Below the pieces are notes generated by a model. The model saw nothing but the letters and a program-made list of their open reading frames with translations, searched no databases and had not been told where the DNA came from. 38,379 nucleotides of DNA from Guillardia theta CCMP2712 (Eukaryota > Protista > Cryptophyta), in assembly GCF_000315625.1 (NCBI RefSeq), contig NW_005434603.1:404475-442853 (forward strand), read 5' to 3'. A program made the translations under genes and the position numbers. Below are positions 32,347-38,379 of this stretch, in pieces (positions within the stretch are counted from its first letter, which is position 1; every line of letters begins with the position of its first letter).

Positions 32347-34945
32347 ACCTCGTCCCCGTGTCCCAACCCTAGTTGTCCGTAGTTGTTCAGTCCAGCTCCC
32401 ATGATCTCAAGCGTCGTCCAGCGCGTTTCTGCTCAAGTCAAGGTCACCTTCCTATCCCTCTCTCCTCCTCTTCTTCCTCCCGCTCCTCCTCCCGCTCCTC
32501 CTCCCGCTCCTCCTCCCGCTCCTCATCTTCCGTGTCCTCTCCATCTTTCCCCTGTCCTCTCTTCCTCTTCTCACCTCTCGCATTCTTGTAGCAAATGGCT
32601 GGAGCGCGATCCCGCAAGTTTGGCTCCTTGTATGCCACCGGAAAGAAACTCTCCTCCTCCTCCTCCTCCTCCTCCTCCTCCTGCTCTTTGCTCTGTTGTT
32701 CCTCCTGCTTCTCTTTGCTCCTCCTCTTGTCCGTGTCCTCTTTCACTTTCTCGTTAGACACACAACTGACCAACAAGTCAGTCGGTCCGTCCGTCCTCTC
32801 CTCCTCCTCCTCCTCCTCCTCCTCTTCCCTCACCTTCTCGCTACTTCATCTCGTCCGCTTCCCATGGAGGCAAAAGTCGCTGCCCAGGCGTCAAGAGAAA
32901 CTCCTTCTCCCTCCTTGACCCCCCCGTCTCTCTTCGCCTCCTCCTCTGCAAGGCTTCCTCGCACCTTCCCCTCTCCCCCTCCTTTGCTGGTCGACATGTG
33001 GTGACCCGGAAGTTTTCCCCATGAGAAGATTGAAGTCGCTTCTTGCTCCTCCTTCCCTTCCCGCTCCTCCTCTCCCTTCTCATCCTCTTCTCTCTCCTCC
33101 TCTCCCTTCTTATCCTCCTCCTCTATCCTCTTCTCCCTCTTCTCTTCTGCTTGCTTGAGCAGCTTCTCGACGTTCGCGTCCCTCACACGAGACACTCTCT
33201 GCAGCTGCAACTGACTCAGACAGAGAAAACAAACACGAGAGGTTGAAGGAGGAAGAGGGAGAGAAGGGAGTGGGTGGGAGGAGAGGAGGGAGGAGGGAGA
33301 GGAGGGAGGGAGGAGGGAAGAGAGGAAGAGTTCTACCTCTTTCAAGTCATCACAGCACTGATCCCATCGCTGGAGCTCGGAGAGGGCGAGGGCTCGTCGG
33401 TAGAGAGCCTTGGGAAGGAACGGCTGCCTCTGCAGCGCCAGGGAGGAGAAGCGAAGAACCTGCGGGAAGGTCATATAGGGAGCAAGCGAAGAGATAAAGG
33501 GGTGGAGAGAGCAGAAGGAAAGAGAGGGGGAGGGAGGGAAAGGGGGGGAAGGAGGAGAGGATGGAGGGAAAAGGAAGAAGAGAGCAAGGAGGAGGGAGGG
33601 GAGCAGGGGGAGGAGGAGGGAGAGTAAGAGGGGGAGGAGGGAGAGGAGGAGGGAGAGGAGGAGGGAGAGGAGGAGGGAGAGGAGGAGGGAGAGGAGGGAG
33701 GGGGAGAAGGAGGCAGGAGAGGGAGGGGGAGAAGGGGAGGCTTCAGCAGCACCTCTTCAAACTCACGAGTCTTGAGACAAGCTGCCGCCAGGTTCTGAAG
33801 GCAGGAGAGGATCAACTCTTGTGCTTCAGAGGAGAACGACTGACGCGCTTCCTCTTCCTCCTCCTCCTCCTCCTCTCTCTTCCCCATGTCTTCATTCTTC
33901 TTCGTTTCCTCCTGCATGGCCAGCAGCATCGCAAGAGACTTCTGGTACAGCAGTTTGGCCTCCTCCCACTTCCCCTGCTTGTACTTCTCGTTTCCTGTCT
34001 TGCTCTCACTCGACAACATGAACATCTCCATCACCTCTCAGCCTCACGACAGCTGCTTCCTCCATCCTCCGGTTTCCTGATTTCCCCTTTCAGACCTCCT
34101 TTACTCCTCCTCCTCCCTTCTTCTCCCTCCTGTCTCTCTCCCCCTCCCCATCCCCCTCCTCTTCCTCCTCCTCTCTTCTTCTTCCCTCCTGTCCCCCCCC
34201 CTCCCCCCCTCCGCCGCCCACTTTCCTCCACCATCACCTCATCATCATCATCTCTCTGCTCCTCCACTTACCTTTCGGTGAAGTCTTCTCCTCTACCTGC
34301 TTCCGATTCTCCCCGCCTTCTTCTCTTCCCCCTTCGTCTCTCCTGCTCCCGTCTTCCCTCCCTCCACCCTGCCCCAGGAGAACAAATGTGCTTCCAGGTC
34401 TCTTGCTCCCTCCAACCCCAGCGCAACTTCTGCTGCCATGCGCACTCGCTCGTTCTCGTCCTTCAGGCACTCAGACAGGATGGCGATCACCTACAACACC
34501 TCGTGACTCCTCTTCCTTCCCCCATCCTCTCCTCCCTCCCTCTCATCCCTCCCCTCCCCCTCCCTCCCTCCCTCCCTCCCTCCTCCACCTAGCCTCATCG
34601 TCCCTCCTCGCCCTCTGCCCCTCTGCCCCTCTGCTATTCTCTTCCTACTCACATGATGTGGCGTGTCCTCGCCCTTTGGCGACAACTTGACCAGAGCTTT
34701 CACCGCAGCCTCCCTCACGCTCCAGTCCTTGTCACTTACTGCCATCTCCCCTACCTCCTTCATGGTATCGACTCCTCCTCCCGCCAGCACTGCAAACTCT
34801 GTCAAGTGACCCTCCATCCTCCCTCCTCTCTCCCACCTCTCTCTTCTTCTCTCCCTCTCCCTCTCCCTCGCTCTCCCTCCCTCCCTCCTCCTCCTTCACC
34901 TTGCTGCTTCAGCCATCGTTTCCTCGACTCCACGTCTCCGACCAT
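30763..34945 (-). CDS. Putative HEAT + TPR + RCC1-repeat protein (may be more than one gene)
   Basis: HEAT: DKDWSVREAAVKALVKL, LKDENERVRMAAEVAL. TPR: GNEKYKQGKWEEAKLLYQKSL, NLAAACLK, KALYRRALAL. RCC1: GLNNYGQLGLG, VAGGEAHS, GCNESGQLG, VACGQSHT, WGDNSIGQLG, ACGACHS. Confidence 0.7.
31645..31885. repeat. Intronic heptamer repeat (CCTCCTG)n
   Basis: Read directly; lies between RCC1 exons. Confidence 0.9.
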
Positions 34946-35141
34946 GACAAAGCTTAGGGGGACTACCCCACCCACCCTCACCTCAAAATATTCACTCTTT
35001 GCAGGGGGTACTCAACCGTGTGGGAGGGATCAGGAGAGCAGAGAGGAGGGAGGAAGAGGGAAGAGGAGCAGGAGCAGGAGGAGCAGGAGCAGGAGGAGCA
35101 GGAGCAGGAGCAGGAGGAGCAGGAGCAGGAGCAGGAGCAGG

Positions 35142-35197
<56 letters not shown>

Positions 35198-35313
35198 CAG
35201 GAGGAGGAGCAGGAGGAGCAAGGAAGACTTGTGACAGCTCAGGGGAAGGAGGGCAGGTCAAAGTGACCATGTTGATGTCAGAAGGTGAGCAAGAGAGTCG
35301 AGCTGGTGGGCTG

Positions 35314-36170
35314 CTATCTGTTCAGCAGTGCAACCCATTCGAGCTCCAAGTAGCTCGACGAGATGGGGTTGCGGCTCAAGCAAGGGTTTGCACATTGCTC
35401 CTGCACAGTGTGCAGTTGACTGATGTTGGAGAGAGCGCGAGGAAGAGAAATGTTGAGACTCGCTGCTTCGAAGGTGCAGGTTGTTTGGAGGGAAGTCACA
35501 CGGAAGAAGGAGGGGGGGGGGGGGAGGTAAAGGAAGTCAACTTGACGGAGACGACAAGTCGGAGAGATCCTTTGTTGCAGGATGTTGCCAGATGAGCTTC
35601 AGATGGAGTGCAGCTGGGCTCGCCATGTTTCATGCCCGATCCGCTCGCTTCTTCGCTGTCGAGCTCTGTTGTATACACAACCTTGCGTGAGATGTTGAGC
35701 TCAGATGATTTTAGGATCTCTGTTTATTAAGCGCACACACTCATCAGATCAGCAGCACCACTGCAGCGATCTGGCATCATCATCCTATATCCTTACGCTA
35801 CGTCCAAGGGGCGTCCGGTATGAGTCCAGAGTACAACAAGCTCCTTCACTTCCTTGCAGTCACGACATATCATGTTCATCCTATCCAAGCTGCTCAGAGC
35901 ATCTCTGGACTAGAGTAGCTGGGATGTGTATCGGTACGCAGATTCACTCGCCAAGCAATCATGCTTCATCCGTTTGAGTTCTTGTGTGTTTGAGCGAGGA
36001 GTTGGGACATGTTAGTCTGAGTCACAGGTGAATCAGAGGTCAGGGATGTTTTCAAGCTCTTGTAACTTTAAAGACCTTGTTGGGTTTCCTTCAATAAGCA
36101 GACCAACGATGCGCAAGACAGGAAGACTTGAGAAGAGGCGAGATTCAGAGAAGTGACGACATCATTCGAA
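35314..36170 (-). CDS. Hypothetical multi-exon gene
   Basis: Non-repetitive open segments bounded by GT/AG (VKELVVLWTHTGRP, ILKSSELNISRKVVY, SYLELEWVALLNR*). No family recognised. Confidence 0.3.
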
Positions 36171-36821
36171 TTTGATTTACAAGTAGAGGAAATCGCGAAA
36201 TAGAAAAGAAAATGGTCGAGAAGAAAGAGAAAGAGTAAGAGAAACAAACATAATGATGCTGGTGTGCTGTTAGAGGCAAAGGATCACAAGACGTTGAACA
36301 CCAGAACGTTTAAGACTGAAGGAGACGATGATCAAGACTGAAACAGGAGTGGATGATAATGAGCAAGCAAATGGGGGAGATGGAGGAGCAGGATCCAAGG
36401 TGGAGCAGGTGGAGCAGGAGCAGGATCAGGAGCAGGATCAGGAGCAGGATCAGGAGTAGGATCAGGATCAGGATCAGGAGTAGGAGCAGGAGCAGGAGCA
36501 GGAAGGACCGGGAGGGAGTGACGGGGGGGCGAAGGATCGAAAAACTTCTATTTCTGACTTCGGCCACCCCCCACCCCTCATTTATCCACCTCGAACCCCC
36601 TGGTATACATCACGGATCGTTGCGTCTTACGACTTCTTGAGGCGATGACGTGGACCCGTGGGACCTTCAAGGTTTTGCCAAGTGCAAGAGAGTCGATATG
36701 ATATGATACCCCTCCTCCCCCTGACCTCCGTCCCCCCCCTCCCCCCTCAGCCCCTCTCGTTCTCTGCTGACGTCATCGGGTTACTTATACCCTGCCTGTA
36801 CCTTGGTCCCCATCGGAGTGG

Positions 36822-36906
36822 CTCACCATAGCTCAGTTGGCAGAGCATCTGACTGTAGAGATTCGCAGACATCAGAGTGTCCTTGGTTCGATTCCGAGTG
36901 GTGAGA
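36822..36906 (+). tRNA. trnY-GTA: tRNA-Tyr(GTA) with a 12-nt intron (36859-36870)
   Basis: Acceptor CTCACCA/TGGTGAG plus A73, D-arm GCTCAGTTGGCAGAGC, anticodon stem TCTGA/TCAGA with GTA at 36855-36857, T-loop GTTCGATTC, and intron at the canonical 37/38 position. Confidence 0.96.
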
Positions 36907-36929
36907 GTCAACGAGGCTATCTCCGACAC

Positions 36930-36935
36930 TTTTTT
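36930..36935 (+). terminator. Pol III oligo-T terminator of tRNA-Tyr
   Basis: T6 run ~24 nt after the tRNA. Confidence 0.7.
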
Positions 36936-37437
36936 GCTGTTCAAGTTATCGATCATTTAGTTCAGATCCGACTCGTTGAACTTTCACGGATGGATCTTCA
37001 CTGAGACTACAGTGTGCTGGGACTCAGATGTGGATTCGGCTCAAGCCTGGCAATCTGCGTGACCGTACGGGCCAATGAAGTTTTTCGCCCACGGTTGCAG
37101 CCGAGTGACTGAGCCGCCTGTGCGACCGTCGGACCGACCGTCACCGTCCAGTCACGGTCCAGGCACTGATCGAGTCCGGGATCATCCGGCGGGACTCCGG
37201 GAGTCATCCGCCGGCGGATTGAGTTGGGACCAGGTACTACGTGGGCCGCCTTCAACAGCCGTCACCAGGCCGCCTCCGACACGCGGGGGCCCCGGCCGTG
37301 ACGGTTCGGATCGGACGCCCGGCCGAGACTCGGTCGGTCGGCGCCGGGGCCCGCCCCGGGCCGCGGCGCGCCGTCTGAGTCTTTGTAACGGTGTTTATAA
37401 CGCTTTCAAATGGTATGAGCGGGGAAGGGGCCTGACC

Positions 37438-37970
37438 ATGGCGGAGAAGGCGCTGGAGGGGGTGGCAAGGCTGCTGGCAGAGGAGGAGGGGGAGGGGGAG
37501 GAGAGCAAGAGAGAGAGTAGAGAGAACGGGAAGGAAGGTAAGGAGATGCTCGTGGAGATAGAGGAAGGGGAAAGGTGTGCCGCAGAGACAGATGGAGGAG
37601 ACCAACACGCGCTGGTGGGGGGAGGGGATTCGGATGTTGGGGGTAGAGACAGCGAGACGCTCCTGCACCCTCAAGACTGGACAGACGCCCCTGCTCCGAC
37701 AAGCAGGTTGCCCGAAGCGGCTGAGGAGGAGAAATCTGGAAGGGAGGGGAGGGTGAAGCCCAGGGCAAACGCAGCAAGCCTTCTGAGAGCAAGGGAGGAG
37801 GAGACAACGAAGCGAGGTAAAGACAGGTTCTGGCTGATGCTTCTTCTCGTATCCATCATCTTCGAGAGCTCGACATTCTTCTATGCCATCGGTCATGGCA
37901 GCGTCAAGGCGCTGGAGGAGCTCGAAGAGGAGGAAGACTGGGTGGGCAAGGGGCTGTCGCAGGTGACGAG

Positions 37971-38020
<50 letters not shown>

Positions 38021-38283
38021 AGGGAGGGAGGGAGGGAGGGAGAGTGAGAGATCGAGAGATAGACAGAGACCTATTGCGACAGACAGACAGAGAGGGGAAA
38101 GTAGAAGATGAGGCGAGACGACGATTTCCTAGGACGAGGAGAGACACGGAACATCTAGCTTGCTCGGCCTCCCCAACAAAGCCTGATCCTTTGTGTTTAG
38201 TGGCATGCTGCTCCCTAGCACGGTCCTCAGGCACTGCACCTTCTGCCACTACGCGAGTCCCGGCACCTCCTGCCGGAGCGTAA
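37438..38283 (+). CDS. Hypothetical membrane protein (acidic N-terminus, one hydrophobic segment), probably spliced
   Basis: MAEKALEGVARLL..FWLMLLLVSIIFESSTFFYAIG. GTGAC donor at 37963 followed by (GA)n intron-like sequence. Confidence 0.45.
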
Positions 38284-38379
38284 GACCCCCAACCGTCGCG
38301 GAGGTTCTGGCGACCACCTCCTGCTTACCATTTTGACTGTGACTTGGTCCCAATGATCCAGGGACACATGGCCTAGCTC

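Overview
Eukaryotic nuclear DNA: GC-rich, with many ~40-150 nt introns often filled with microsatellites, TTTAGGG-type telomere repeats and four N gaps. The style suggests a cryptophyte alga such as Guillardia; this is inference only. Bases 1-~8020 are a scrambled array of one CRE-clade-like non-LTR retrotransposon (RT, CCHC knuckle, S/A/P-rich tail, 3' UTR) around an internal (CCCTAAA)n tract at 6481-6546. Copies share a fixed 3' end (..GTAAATCC(TA)) that could base-pair with the TTTAGGG strand, and they are variably 5'-truncated, so this looks like a telomere-targeting retroelement system. Bases ~9200-38379 are gene-dense: a PDZ-TM-Cys-rich protein, a CaMK-like kinase, an ammonium transporter, PEX5, ARMC8/GID5, a secreted LamG-LysM protein, a CDK10-like kinase, a HEAT-TPR-RCC1 gene, an intron-containing tRNA-Tyr and hypothetical genes. 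Exon boundaries were read by eye and are approximate.
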